DNA from: Chloroflexota bacterium
GTDB taxonomy: Bacteria > Chloroflexota > UBA11872 > VXOZ01
Assembly: GCA_965221905.1 (NCBI GenBank)
Contig: OZ244922.1
Coordinates: forward strand, 3,039,504-3,071,503
DNA: 32,000 bases
Direction of reading: 5' to 3'
In this document: one piece after another, positions 1 to 9,600 of the stretch
Numbering within the stretch: the stretch's first letter is position 1
Layout of the letters: every line of letters starts with the position of its first letter
Position numbers and translations under genes: made by a program
Notes under the pieces: generated by a model
Told to the model about the DNA's origin: nothing
What the model saw: only the letters and a program-made list of their open reading frames with translations
Database searches by the model: none

Positions 1-172
1 ACCACTTACCCAAATTAGCTAGTTTGACACAGTAGCGATAACGCTTGCGCCGCTGTTTCGGTTTGACCTAGCCACCCATGCGGGCGATGTCAGCCTCAAG
101 CTGCACCTGCGCATAGAGAAGTTTTCGACGACTAATTCGCTGCATGGGCATTTCCTCCCTCGCACACTTCAC

Positions 173-230
173 AAAAAAAACTGGAGCAGGCCGTTCTAGC
201 GATAGAAGCTTTCTACCGCAACTGCTCCAG
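173..230 (-). terminator. Putative intrinsic terminator about 320 nt downstream of rpsU (stem plus T8)
   Basis: Inverted repeat ctggagcag (181-189) / ctgctccag (222-230) enclosing a 32-nt loop. On the minus strand it is followed directly by T8 (plus-strand A8 at 173-180). Confidence 0.4.
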
Positions 231-550
231 ATTCCTAACTGAACCCACAATTTTTCCCGCTGTCAAACAACCTGCTACAGCAGGCTCTTGCTTGCACGTA
301 ACAGAGGTGGGTAGAGATGCGTTCGCCCCTGCGGGCCTACTCCATGAACCAGCCTAATTGGCGTGTGGCTCTCGTGTCGAAGCGCTTATGACCCTTAACG
401 CTAAGCCTCACACACCCAACAGCTAGGACTGACGCTACGCAACCGCACCCCAACGTACACACGCAGCATTTTAAATGACGAAGCCTAAAGCAAACCTAGC
501 TGCTCTTGGGGCAGTTGCTACCCGGGCAGGCATAGACCACCCTTGGCCTC

Positions 551-760
551 TTAGGCTCCCATCGTCCTTCGGACTTTAGCCTCGCGTCTACGCTGACGGC
601 GAATAGCCCTTTGTAGTGCCAAACGCTCTTTTTCTGATTTCGAGCGATAGAACCGCCGCAAGCGGACTTCTCGCATTACTCCGGACCGGTTTATAGATGA
701 GCGAAAACGCTGCAAGAGACTATCAAAGCTCTCACCGTCGCGCAAGGACACTGCTGACAA
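551..760 (-). CDS. rpsU: 30S ribosomal protein S21
   Basis: From the TTG at 760 the product MSAVSLRDGESFDSLLQRFRSSINRSGVMREVRLRRFYRSKSEKERL... aligns position-for-position with E. coli S21 ([47 protein letters not shown]). GAGGAG lies 10 nt upstream of the TTG. The ORF track extends to 826, but that N-terminal extension has no S21 counterpart. Confidence 0.85.
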   Translation of the reverse strand: MSAVSLRDGESFDSLLQRFRSSINRSGVMREVRLRRFYRSKSEKERLALQRAIRRQRRREAKVRRTMGA

Positions 761-870
761 ATCAACCACACTCCTCTTGACGTATCTGCACTTTGCAAAT
801 AAGAAACATGCGTACGTTCGCATCAAACCTAACCTAGGCTAACTACAATACCATACTTCGCGCATTGCAA

Positions 871-926
871 CAATCCAAGAACTACACTACCTTCCCGACA
901 ATCCAAGAATTACACCACCTCCCTGA
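871..926. repeat. Imperfect 28-bp tandem duplication (x2) spanning the gmd stop codon
   Basis: caatccaagaactacactaccttcccga (871-898) versus caatccaagaattacaccacctccctga (899-926), 24/28 identical. On the minus strand the units read ..VREVV-TAA (the real gmd end) and ..VGKVV-TAG. Confidence 0.7.
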
Positions 927-1884
927 CGGCGCTCTCTTGCTTCAAATCGCTATCCACCATCATCTTAATGAGACCTGGAAAGTCTACGGTTGGCATCCAA
1001 CCCAGCTTCTCTTTTGCTTTCGAGTTGTCGGCGATCAAGAGGTTGACTTCTGCCGGGCGGAGGAACCGCGGGTCTTTGCCCACAAATTCCTGCCAGTCCA
1101 AGCCAACGTGATCGAATGCCACCGCGCACATCTCCTGGATCGAGTGCGTTTCGCCGGTGCCGACCACATAGTCGTCAGGCTCGTCCTGTTGCAGCATCAG
1201 GTGCATCGCCTGCACGTAATCACCGGCGTATCCCCAATCGCGCTTCGGCGACAGATCGCCCATTAGAAGGCTATCCTGCTTGCCAAGCTTGATGCGCGCT
1301 GCCGCGTTTGTCGTCTTGCGCGTTACAAATTCCAGGCCGCGGCGCGGCGATTCATGATTGAAGAGAATCCCTGAGCAAGCAAACATGTCGTAGCTCTCGC
1401 GGTAGTTCACCGTAGTGTAGTGCCCGTACGCCTTGGCCACGCCGTAAGGGCTGCGGGGATGAAAAGGCGTCGCCTCGCTCTGCGGCATTTCGCGCACCTT
1501 GCCAAACACTTCACTGCTCGACGCTTGGTAGAAACGGATGTCCCGGTTTACCATGCGGATAGCTTCCAACAGTCGAATGACTCCCAATCCCGTAATCTCA
1601 CTCGTGAGCACCGGCTGGCGCCACGACAATGGCACGAAGCTGATCGCACCCAGGTTGTAAACCTCATCCGGTTGCGCGCTCTCCACGGCGGCGATGAGTG
1701 AACTCTGGTCTAAGAGGTCTCCTTCAATGAGTTCCAGATCGGGGACGAGCCGCTGTACGGCCTCCGCTTTGGGGTTGTTCTGGCCCCGAATGAGGCCGTA
1801 TACGCTATACCCCAAGCCGATAAGATACTCGGCAAGATAGGTGCCGTCCTGCCCGGTGATTCCAGTAATTAGTGCTGTTTTCAC
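910..1884 (-). CDS. gmd: GDP-mannose 4,6-dehydratase
   Basis: Full-length match to the Gmd family: [18 protein letters not shown] Rossmann motif, YGVAKAY (YxxxK), [11 protein letters not shown] and [10 protein letters not shown]. The likely start is the GTG at 1884, with GGGGGA 7 nt upstream. The ORF extends to 1929. Confidence 0.95.
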   Translation of the reverse strand: MKTALITGITGQDGTYLAEYLIGLGYSVYGLIRGQNNPKAEAVQRLVPDLELIEGDLLDQSSLIAAVESAQPDEVYNLGAISFVPLSWRQPVLTSEITGLGVIRLLEAIRMVNRDIRFYQASSSEVFGKVREMPQSEATPFHPRSPYGVAKAYGHYTTVNYRESYDMFACSGILFNHESPRRGLEFVTRKTTNAAARIKLGKQDSLLMGDLSPKRDWGYAGDYVQAMHLMLQQDEPDDYVVGTGETHSIQEMCAVAFDHVGLDWQEFVGKDPRFLRPAEVNLLIADNSKAKEKLGWMPTVDFPGLIKMMVDSDLKQESAVREVV

Positions 1885-2458
1885 ACGCGATCCCCCACAA
1901 GCGACTGGTGACAAAACCGTAGGGCACACACAAGTTTCAAAAGCTCAATTCGTGTTTCTCAGTGAAGAGCCCGCCGCTATGCACAAGCCCCTCCACGCTT
2001 TGGCCTTGCCTCGGACCCGAATTCTACAGCGCACAGCATCGCGAGTAGAGAGAGAAGGGAGGCCGAGCGAACGACACCGCTAGCACCCCAGCGCACAAAC
2101 GAATGCACCTGCTTGCGCCCACCTATCCGGCCAACAGGCGCGGCTGGAAGCCCCTGGAGGTCGACTCTTCAAGACTACAATCATGCTATATATTCTAATG
2201 CTATCATAGGAGCGAAGACATGCGCATTGGGCCCACCACGTGCGGCAATCAGGGCGAAGGCGCCGCTGTGTAGTGCGCAATTAATTGCTGGAGTGTAAGC
2301 TGTGTCATCGCGAAGGTACGGCCGCATTGCTTAGACTGAATGGATTTGTGCCGCCATGCTAGCGTCCAGCCAACACAGAATTCGATTGTTTCGCTGACCA
2401 ACGCAAGAATGTCCGGCAAGTCACGTGCCTGCCGCTGGAAGCCCCCAGGGAGAAGAGA

Positions 2459-2713
2459 ATGGCCGAAGAACGGCAGCCGCTAACGCTAAAAGTGGAAACT
2501 GCGCGCGGCGTGCGCACGCTCACCTTTCCCGAAGAAATCGTCGCGCAGGGACGCGGTGTGCCGCGCACTGTTAGATGCTACGCCATGTCGGACGAGGTGC
2601 GCATGATACGCATCGAAGCACGGCGAGCAGACGGTCTGCGCTTCAACGTGCTCGACGAGTACAATCAGCCGCTCAATGACGCCCCGGTGCAATGGGAAAT
2701 TATCTGGCGCTAG
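2459..2713 (+). CDS. Hypothetical small protein (84 aa), possibly a single beta-sandwich domain
   Basis: ATG preceded by GGGAGAAGAGA. GC3-rich codon usage matches neighbouring genes. No confident family; LRFNVLDEYNQPLNDAPVQWEI is only vaguely Ig-like. Confidence 0.5.
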   Translation: MAEERQPLTLKVETARGVRTLTFPEEIVAQGRGVPRTVRCYAMSDEVRMIRIEARRADGLRFNVLDEYNQPLNDAPVQWEIIWR

Positions 2714-2839
2714 TATTCATCCGGCAGTGAGCGGTCACGCGCCGCAACCTGTGTACAAATCACTCCTATCGCCTTGCCGTGAAGGGCGAGATTGTTACAC
2801 TTAAAGCGGCAAGCGTCGTTCGAGAGGATCGGATAGGCA

Positions 2840-3169
2840 ATGAGAAAACGGGACGAGTGCCGCGATATGCAGGACATTCGCGCAGAGATCGACAGGATAG
2901 ACCAAGCGGTCATCCGGCTGCTCAGCGAGCGGTTCGAGTATGTGCAGCAGGCATCTCGGTTCAAGACCAGTGCCACCTCGGTGCGCGCACCGGACCGCTT
3001 CAAGGCCATGCTGAAGCAACGTCGGGTCTGGGCGCAGGAAGCCGGCCTGGACGCTGACGTTATCGAAAGCATGTACCGCGACCTGGTGAACTACTTCATC
3101 GAGGAAGAGTTGAAGCGGTGGCAAGCGGAAAAGAGTGGAAGTGATCCAGCGCCTGATGCCACCGCCTAG
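2840..3169 (+). CDS. AroQ-class chorismate mutase (PchB / isochorismate-pyruvate-lyase-like)
   Basis: The product MQDIRAEIDRIDQAVIRLLSERFEYVQQASRFKTSATSVRAPDRFKAMLKQRRVWAQEAGLDADVIESMYRDLVNYFIEEE parallels P. aeruginosa PchB as I recall it (LADIREAIDRIDLDIV...YVKAASRFKASEAAIPAPERVAAML..RARWAEENGLDA). Confidence 0.85.
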   Translation: MRKRDECRDMQDIRAEIDRIDQAVIRLLSERFEYVQQASRFKTSATSVRAPDRFKAMLKQRRVWAQEAGLDADVIESMYRDLVNYFIEEELKRWQAEKSGSDPAPDATA

Positions 3170-3265
3170 GGCAGTTGCACACAAGCTACTTTCATTCAAG
3201 TAGTCGCCGCCCTTAGTCATGATTCAGCACAAAGATTAAACGCCGCTCCCTATTGATCGATATCT

Positions 3266-4254
3266 ATGCCTTACGTAGACGATGCTCTTCTCTTGCCCCT
3301 CGGCACCAGCCTCCTGCTCTTGCTTTGGCTCTCTTTCTGCGGCGCCGTCCTCGTCCGCTTCTGCTGCTCTATTCGCAGTTGGACGCTGCTGCCTCCCCTC
3401 GGCCTCGCTGCCGGTTGCGCTATCTTCCTCGTCTGCGCCAATCTCCTCGGCAAGGTCGGCGCTCTACCTGAGGGTTCCGGAATCGCCGTCCTTGTCGGCA
3501 CAGTCGGCACTGTGCCTCTGGCCTTCGGCGGCGCCTTCCTCTTGCTCAGCGCCCTCGGCATCTTCGCCTCTTTCCAATTACGGCCACACTCCTGGCAGCT
3601 ACCCTCCCGTCGAACGCTCCTCGCAGTCTGCGGCTATTCCCTCTTAGCTCTCGTGCTCGCCTACGTCTGTCTCGCCATTCGCAACCAGTCCTACTTCTAT
3701 GACTTCCCTACCCACTTGGCATTCGCGACTACCATCGCACGCGACAACCTGCCCGTGCGCAACCCCTACTCTCCGGTCTCCCCCTCCGGCTACCACTACG
3801 GCGCCGCTCTCCTCGTCGCTGCCCTCTCCCGCGCCGCCGGCCTGCCCGCTGTTACCGGTTATCAACTCCTCGCTGCTTTGCAAGGCGCAGCACTTCTCCT
3901 GCTCGTCTTCGCCTTGGGCCGCGAGGCCGGTAAACTCTTCCTCTGGGGCCTTGCCTGCCTCCTCGCCGCTCTCTCCATGGGAAGCTTGGTGCTCTGGCGG
4001 CCTTTCGCCGCGTTACCTCCTGCTCTCTCTCATTTGCTTGGCGGCAATCTGTCGCTCGATGCCCTCCTCCAGTTCCCCAGCCTCCGCCAATATATCGAAC
4101 TCGTCTATCCCATCGTCTCTTTCTCTTCCGACCTCCACTGGCTCTTGATCTATCCCCATCGACTCGCGGCCTTCTTCACTGTCGCCGCGTTGGCCGTGTT
4201 GCTTGTCGGACCAGGGCGCCGACGTTGGGGCCACACCACTATGGCCTTATCTAT
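3266..4254 (+). repeat. 989-bp direct repeat, copy 1 (100% identical to 6633-7621)
   Basis: Checked base by base over 3266-3650 and 4201-4254. In between, identity is supported by identical translations in the coding frame and in five overlapping alternative-frame ORFs on both strands. Confidence 0.9.
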
Positions 4255-6424
4255 TACCATCGCTGCTGCCATCGCCCTCTATGATGAAACTATGCTCCCC
4301 CTTGCTCTCATGGCCCTCGCTTGGCCTCTGCTCTCCCTCCGCCGTAATCCCCAACGCCTCGCCATTTGGTCGGGCGGCATCATCGCCACTATCGGCCTCA
4401 TTGCACTTCAAGGCGGCTCTGTCACCGACGCGCTATTTGGCACTTCCGGCTCGCGACCCCCTTTTTCCCTTTACTCCCCTGCCGAATTCTCCCGCTCGCT
4501 TATCTTTACCAAAGCGTTGCCTGAGGGGTGGCTCTGGATACTCCCTCCCCTACCCCTCGCCGCCTCCGCCCTCATCTTCATCTGGAAACGCTGGTGGCTG
4601 GGGCTCATGCTCTGCGGCTTCGGCTTCGCAGGCTACCTCGGCTTTCATATTGTGGATTACCAGGGAGCCATCGGTTCTGGCCAATGGGCCCGTGTCGTGA
4701 ACCTCTCATTTCTCACACTCGCTTTGGTAACGCCCTTGGCGGTTGCCCGTCTTCTCCGTGATGCACAGCCGTGGCGCACAGCGCTTGTCGCCTTCTTACT
4801 GATGCCCGTTGCATTGCCTACGCTCTTGCAGCCAGTGGCAAGCGTCTTATCCGAGCTCCCCCGTGAAATTTCACTCCACGATCCAGATCTCCCGGGCCTA
4901 GCTTATACTCCCCAAATCACCGACCCTTACGTACACCAAGAGCTTGTCAACTTTCACGATGTCTATCGGGACGTCGGGCAGTTGCTTCCCGATGACAGCG
5001 TCGTGCTGACGCAGCATCCCGTTTCATTCGCAATTGCCACGGGCCTCACCACAGCCTATGCCCCGACCTCCGGTCTCACACTGTTTCCTTCTCACCGCTA
5101 CATTCCGGATCCGGCGTTCTACGATGCTTTCTGGCGTCTTGATCCCGCTGCCTGGCGCGCCTTGGGCGCGACTGCCGTCCTCTATCACCACAATACCTAC
5201 CACTCCCTCCCACTAGCAGCTCGCAGACTGGTCGAGGACAGTGGCTGGTTCATTACGCACTACGATGAGAGCGACTTCTTGCTTCTAGCGCCTAACGAAG
5301 CCTTCTTCCGCTATGGGAATGCGTCTCCCAGTACCTTCGCCTCGTTCCGCGCGGCCCTTACTCCCAGGGATACCGTATTTCTTTCGCCTAATCTGCCTTA
5401 CGGCGTCGGACAAGCACTGGTGCATCTCCTGAGCGACCATCCTGTTGCGGGCCTAGGGCCCGACCTCAGTTCACACCACTGGATGGAGCTCATGCGGCCC
5501 CCAGGGCTTGATGCGGCGTCCGCCGTGTGGCACGCGCGCAGCCATATGGATACGCGGCTTGCCGGCGTCTTTCCAGAGGCTGCTCTTTGGGAGTGGCGGG
5601 CGCCAAGCGAAAGCGCGGGCGTGTACCCCAATGCTCCGATTCCCGCATTCGCTCCCCTAGAGCTTTCCGCCGGCCAGTCATTGGCCTTGCAAGCTAATCA
5701 CAGTAGACTTGCCTTGGACGACGCGCCCGGCATGGCCACATCCGTTCACTTCCGCTCACTCTCTCTCGTGCTTGCCGGGCACCCTGGAAGCGTGGTCCAG
5801 ATCTGTGCGCCCGCAGGATGTGCGCAGCGCGACCTGGGCGGCGCCACATGGACGTACAGCCTGCCCTTGATCGCAGAAAACACCCAATTCACGCTCTCGG
5901 TACTGCACGGCCGGGCCTTTGTCGCCGGCACGCTTGGCTTCTCCGACCGGCTCGCCGCGGTCCGCACTACCGGCGTTGTCATTCGACCCCGGCAAACTGA
6001 CAATGCCATTAAAGTAGACGTGAGTTACTTCAACTTTCAAGGATGGACACTTGGCAACGGCATAGCGTGGCAACTTGTGCGCGTTGACTCTGAGCAGGAG
6101 CGTCGGGTGCTTTCCCGCCCCAGCCAACTCATCATCTTTGGTGAGCTCGGCGACGTAGTCTACACGCTTGGTCCTGACGGGAGCCACGCTGAGCACAATT
6201 TCACTGAATCGCCGCCGCTGTTCGAGCAGGCTCGGGCACTGACCGATGGCGAGTACCGCCTCTTCCTCAGCTTCTTCATCGATCAATTTAAGGCCGCCGA
6301 TTGGATACCTGCCGCTCACTTTCGCGTGCAAGAGGGTACCATAGTATCGTTCACTCCACTGCCCCAGATTGCACGCCTGAGTTTTGGCGCGGAACACACG
6401 GAAACTGTTGTCTTGGAAGAATGA
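3266..6424 (+). CDS. Large polytopic membrane protein, paralog A (about 530-aa multi-TM N-terminal half plus about 520-aa non-membrane C-terminal half); possible GT-C-fold / YYY-type (DUF2298-like) protein
   Basis: 1052-aa uninterrupted ORF with at least 12 hydrophobic segments in residues 1-530. Loop motif YFYDFPTHLAFATTIARDNLPVRNPYSPVSPSGYHYG (nt 3692-3802). No SD sequence upstream. Confidence 0.85.
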   Translation: MPYVDDALLLPLGTSLLLLLWLSFCGAVLVRFCCSIRSWTLLPPLGLAAGCAIFLVCANLLGKVGALPEGSGIAVLVGTVGTVPLAFGGAFLLLSALGIFASFQLRPHSWQLPSRRTLLAVCGYSLLALVLAYVCLAIRNQSYFYDFPTHLAFATTIARDNLPVRNPYSPVSPSGYHYGAALLVAALSRAAGLPAVTGYQLLAALQGAALLLLVFALGREAGKLFLWGLACLLAALSMGSLVLWRPFAALPPALSHLLGGNLSLDALLQFPSLRQYIELVYPIVSFSSDLHWLLIYPHRLAAFFTVAALAVLLVGPGRRRWGHTTMALSITIAAAIALYDETMLPLALMALAWPLLSLRRNPQRLAIWSGGIIATIGLIALQGGSVTDALFGTSGSRPPFSLYSPAEFSRSLIFTKALPEGWLWILPPLPLAASALIFIWKRWWLGLMLCGFGFAGYLGFHIVDYQGAIGSGQWARVVNLSFLTLALVTPLAVARLLRDAQPWRTALVAFLLMPVALPTLLQPVASVLSELPREISLHDPDLPGLAYTPQITDPYVHQELVNFHDVYRDVGQLLPDDSVVLTQHPVSFAIATGLTTAYAPTSGLTLFPSHRYIPDPAFYDAFWRLDPAAWRALGATAVLYHHNTYHSLPLAARRLVEDSGWFITHYDESDFLLLAPNEAFFRYGNASPSTFASFRAALTPRDTVFLSPNLPYGVGQALVHLLSDHPVAGLGPDLSSHHWMELMRPPGLDAASAVWHARSHMDTRLAGVFPEAALWEWRAPSESAGVYPNAPIPAFAPLELSAGQSLALQANHSRLALDDAPGMATSVHFRSLSLVLAGHPGSVVQICAPAGCAQRDLGGATWTYSLPLIAENTQFTLSVLHGRAFVAGTLGFSDRLAAVRTTGVVIRPRQTDNAIKVDVSYFNFQGWTLGNGIAWQLVRVDSEQERRVLSRPSQLIIFGELGDVVYTLGPDGSHAEHNFTESPPLFEQARALTDGEYRLFLSFFIDQFKAADWIPAAHFRVQEGTIVSFTPLPQIARLSFGAEHTETVVLEE
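4526..4806 (+). repeat. 281-bp second near-identical block, copy 1 (matches 7893-8173)
   Basis: Same 3367-bp offset as block 1. The only mismatch I saw is 4581 T versus 7948 C (Ile/Thr). Much more diverged sequence flanks it on both sides. Confidence 0.8.
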
Positions 6425-6596
6425 CGGAGGCCGGTCAGCCGCTTCCCTTTGGCATGGGCTTGCGTTCTAACGTTTTCCATTGCTGTCTAGTGCTGTCTAG
6501 CCGACCGGTCGAATTCGTAGAACAGCGAAAAATTCTAATACCGAAAATTTCGAGAATTCCCTCGCCTTGTGAAAGACTGCGAAACTTAGAACCAAG

Positions 6597-6614
6597 GGCG
6601 GCCTTTCGGCCGCC
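6597..6614 (+). other. GC-only hairpin 13 nt upstream of paralog B
   Basis: ggcggcc (6597-6603) - tttc - ggccgcc (6608-6614). There is no U-tract, so it is not a canonical terminator. Confidence 0.4.
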
Positions 6615-6626
6615 TACTGCAAAGTA

Positions 6627-9600
6627 ATGCCCATGCCTTACGTAGACGATGCTCTTCTCTTGCCCCTCGGCACCAGCCTCCTGCTCTTGCTTTGGCTCTC
6701 TTTCTGCGGCGCCGTCCTCGTCCGCTTCTGCTGCTCTATTCGCAGTTGGACGCTGCTGCCTCCCCTCGGCCTCGCTGCCGGTTGCGCTATCTTCCTCGTC
6801 TGCGCCAATCTCCTCGGCAAGGTCGGCGCTCTACCTGAGGGTTCCGGAATCGCCGTCCTTGTCGGCACAGTCGGCACTGTGCCTCTGGCCTTCGGCGGCG
6901 CCTTCCTCTTGCTCAGCGCCCTCGGCATCTTCGCCTCTTTCCAATTACGGCCACACTCCTGGCAGCTACCCTCCCGTCGAACGCTCCTCGCAGTCTGCGG
7001 CTATTCCCTCTTAGCTCTCGTGCTCGCCTACGTCTGTCTCGCCATTCGCAACCAGTCCTACTTCTATGACTTCCCTACCCACTTGGCATTCGCGACTACC
7101 ATCGCACGCGACAACCTGCCCGTGCGCAACCCCTACTCTCCGGTCTCCCCCTCCGGCTACCACTACGGCGCCGCTCTCCTCGTCGCTGCCCTCTCCCGCG
7201 CCGCCGGCCTGCCCGCTGTTACCGGTTATCAACTCCTCGCTGCTTTGCAAGGCGCAGCACTTCTCCTGCTCGTCTTCGCCTTGGGCCGCGAGGCCGGTAA
7301 ACTCTTCCTCTGGGGCCTTGCCTGCCTCCTCGCCGCTCTCTCCATGGGAAGCTTGGTGCTCTGGCGGCCTTTCGCCGCGTTACCTCCTGCTCTCTCTCAT
7401 TTGCTTGGCGGCAATCTGTCGCTCGATGCCCTCCTCCAGTTCCCCAGCCTCCGCCAATATATCGAACTCGTCTATCCCATCGTCTCTTTCTCTTCCGACC
7501 TCCACTGGCTCTTGATCTATCCCCATCGACTCGCGGCCTTCTTCACTGTCGCCGCGTTGGCCGTGTTGCTTGTCGGACCAGGGCGCCGACGTTGGGGCCA
7601 CACCACTATGGCCTTATCTATAGCCATCGCCGCTGCCATCGCTCTCTACGATGAAACTATGCTCCCCCTTGCTCTCATGGCCCTCGCTTGGCCTCTGCTC
7701 TCCCTCCGCCGTAATCCCCAACGCCTCGCCATTTGGCTCGGCGGCGCCCTGGCCGCTATCGGCCTCATTGCACTTCAAGGCGGCTCTGTCTCATACGCAC
7801 TGTTTGGCAATGCCGGCACCGGCTCCCTCTTATCTCTGCGATCTGTGCCGGACGCCGCCCGCTCTGTCACCTTGACCAGAGTGCTCCCGGAAGGGTGGCT
7901 CTGGATACTCCCTCCCCTACCCCTCGCCGCCTCCGCCCTCATCTTCACCTGGAAACGCTGGTGGCTGGGGCTCATGCTCTGCGGCTTCGGCTTCGCAGGC
8001 TACCTCGGCTTTCATATTGTGGATTACCAGGGAGCCATCGGTTCTGGCCAATGGGCCCGTGTCGTGAACCTCTCATTTCTCACACTCGCTTTGGTAACGC
8101 CCTTGGCGGTTGCCCGTCTTCTCCGTGATGCACAGCCGTGGCGCACAGCGCTTGTCGCCTTCTTACTGATGCCTGTATTCCTACCCACGCTTACCCAACC
8201 AGCGGCCAGCATCATCTCCGATCTCCGTAAGGAAGTTACGTTTCACCACCCGGAGTCTCCAGGGCTGGTTTACACCCCCCAGATCACCGATCCATGGGTC
8301 ACGCGCCGGTTATTCGAGAATCGAGATGTCTACAGGGATATCGCCCAAGTGCTGCCCGATGACAGCGTCGTGCTTACTCAACATCCCGTCTCATTCGTCA
8401 TCGCAACAGGCCTACCTGCCGCCTATGGATCTATCGACGGCATTACCCTATACGCTTCCCACATCTACTTTCCCGGCCCAGCCTTCTACGATGCTTTCTG
8501 GCGACTTGATCCCGCAGCGTGGAGCTCATTAGGCGCTACTGCGGTTCTCTATCACCAAAGAATGTACTACTCACTGCCACAATCGGCGCGGGAACTCTTA
8601 GAAACCGATGGCTGGTTTTTACGCCGCAACGACGACCGCCAACTTCTGCTCTTCACTCCTACCGAGGCATTCCTCCAGTATGGCCCAACCCCTGCGAACA
8701 CTCTATCCGCATTGATGACGTTACTACCGTCTACAGATACGCTCTATCTGTCGACTGACTTACCCTTTGGGATGGGACAAGCACTTGTGCGGAAACTTAA
8801 GGATCGCCCAACGGTTGGCCTCGGGCCAGAAAATAGAGTACACCAGTGGATAACGGTAAATAGACCTGTATGGTTAACAGAAGCTGAGGCGACATGGCAC
8901 GTGCGCAAGGATTCGGAGGTGCGGCTATCCGGAACACTCCCTGAGGCCGCGTTGTGGCATTGGCGCGCGCCAAGCGAAAGTGTAGGGGTCTACCCAAACG
9001 ACACGATACCGGCCTTTTCTCCCAGACTGCTTGCGGCCGGCCAGTCCTTACGCTTGCACGCAAGCCGCCAAGACCTTGTTTTGGAAGATGGGCCCACCGT
9101 CACCTCGCCTGTGCAGTTCCGCTCACTCTCTCTCGTACTTGCCGGGCATCCTGGTAGCGTTGTCCAAGTCTGTGGCCCGACAGGATGTGCGCAACGAGAC
9201 TTGGGTGGTGGGACGTGGGTCATTGGGCTGCCACTGAATGCTGATCTTTCGCAGTTCACGCTCTCCGCAGTACAAGGCGAGGCTTTCATCGCTGGTACGC
9301 TCGGCTTCAGTGAACACCTCACTGCGGTTCGCGCACCCGGTGTCGTCCTTCGATCTCGGCAAACTGGCAACACTATTGAAGTGGATGCCAATTACTTTAA
9401 TCGCCAAGGGTGGACCCAAGGGGATGGCGTAGCGTGGCACCTTGTCAAAGCAAAAACCAGTAAGGGCGAGGGCGGACTGTGGTGGCCCAGCCAGCTCATC
9501 ATCCATGGTGAGCGCGGTGACGTTCGCCTTACCCTGGACCCGTCCGGCACATTCGCCGAATATAACTTCACGACTCCCCCGTCGCTAAATCAAGTCGAAG

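Noticed and set aside
18-30. 13-nt exact repeat gctagtttgacac at 18-30 and 14130-14142, and 12-nt repeat gctggaagcccc at 2143-2154 and 2434-2445
   Set aside because: Several exact 12-13-mer coincidences are expected by chance in 32 kb. Only the 14136 TTGACA has a properly spaced -10 box and a downstream gene, and I found no consistent context for the others.
2208-2273. 17-aa mini-ORF MRIGPTTCGNQGEGAAV with AGGAG 7 nt upstream, in the gmd / hypothetical-gene divergent region
   Set aside because: It has a good SD sequence but no associated terminator or alternative structure, no amino-acid bias and no downstream partner gene, so it cannot be distinguished from chance.
6481-6500. Possible CRISPR or other repeat array
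   Set aside because: There are only two adjacent copies of a 10-mer, with no spacers and no further repeats. Nothing CRISPR-like appears anywhere in the window.
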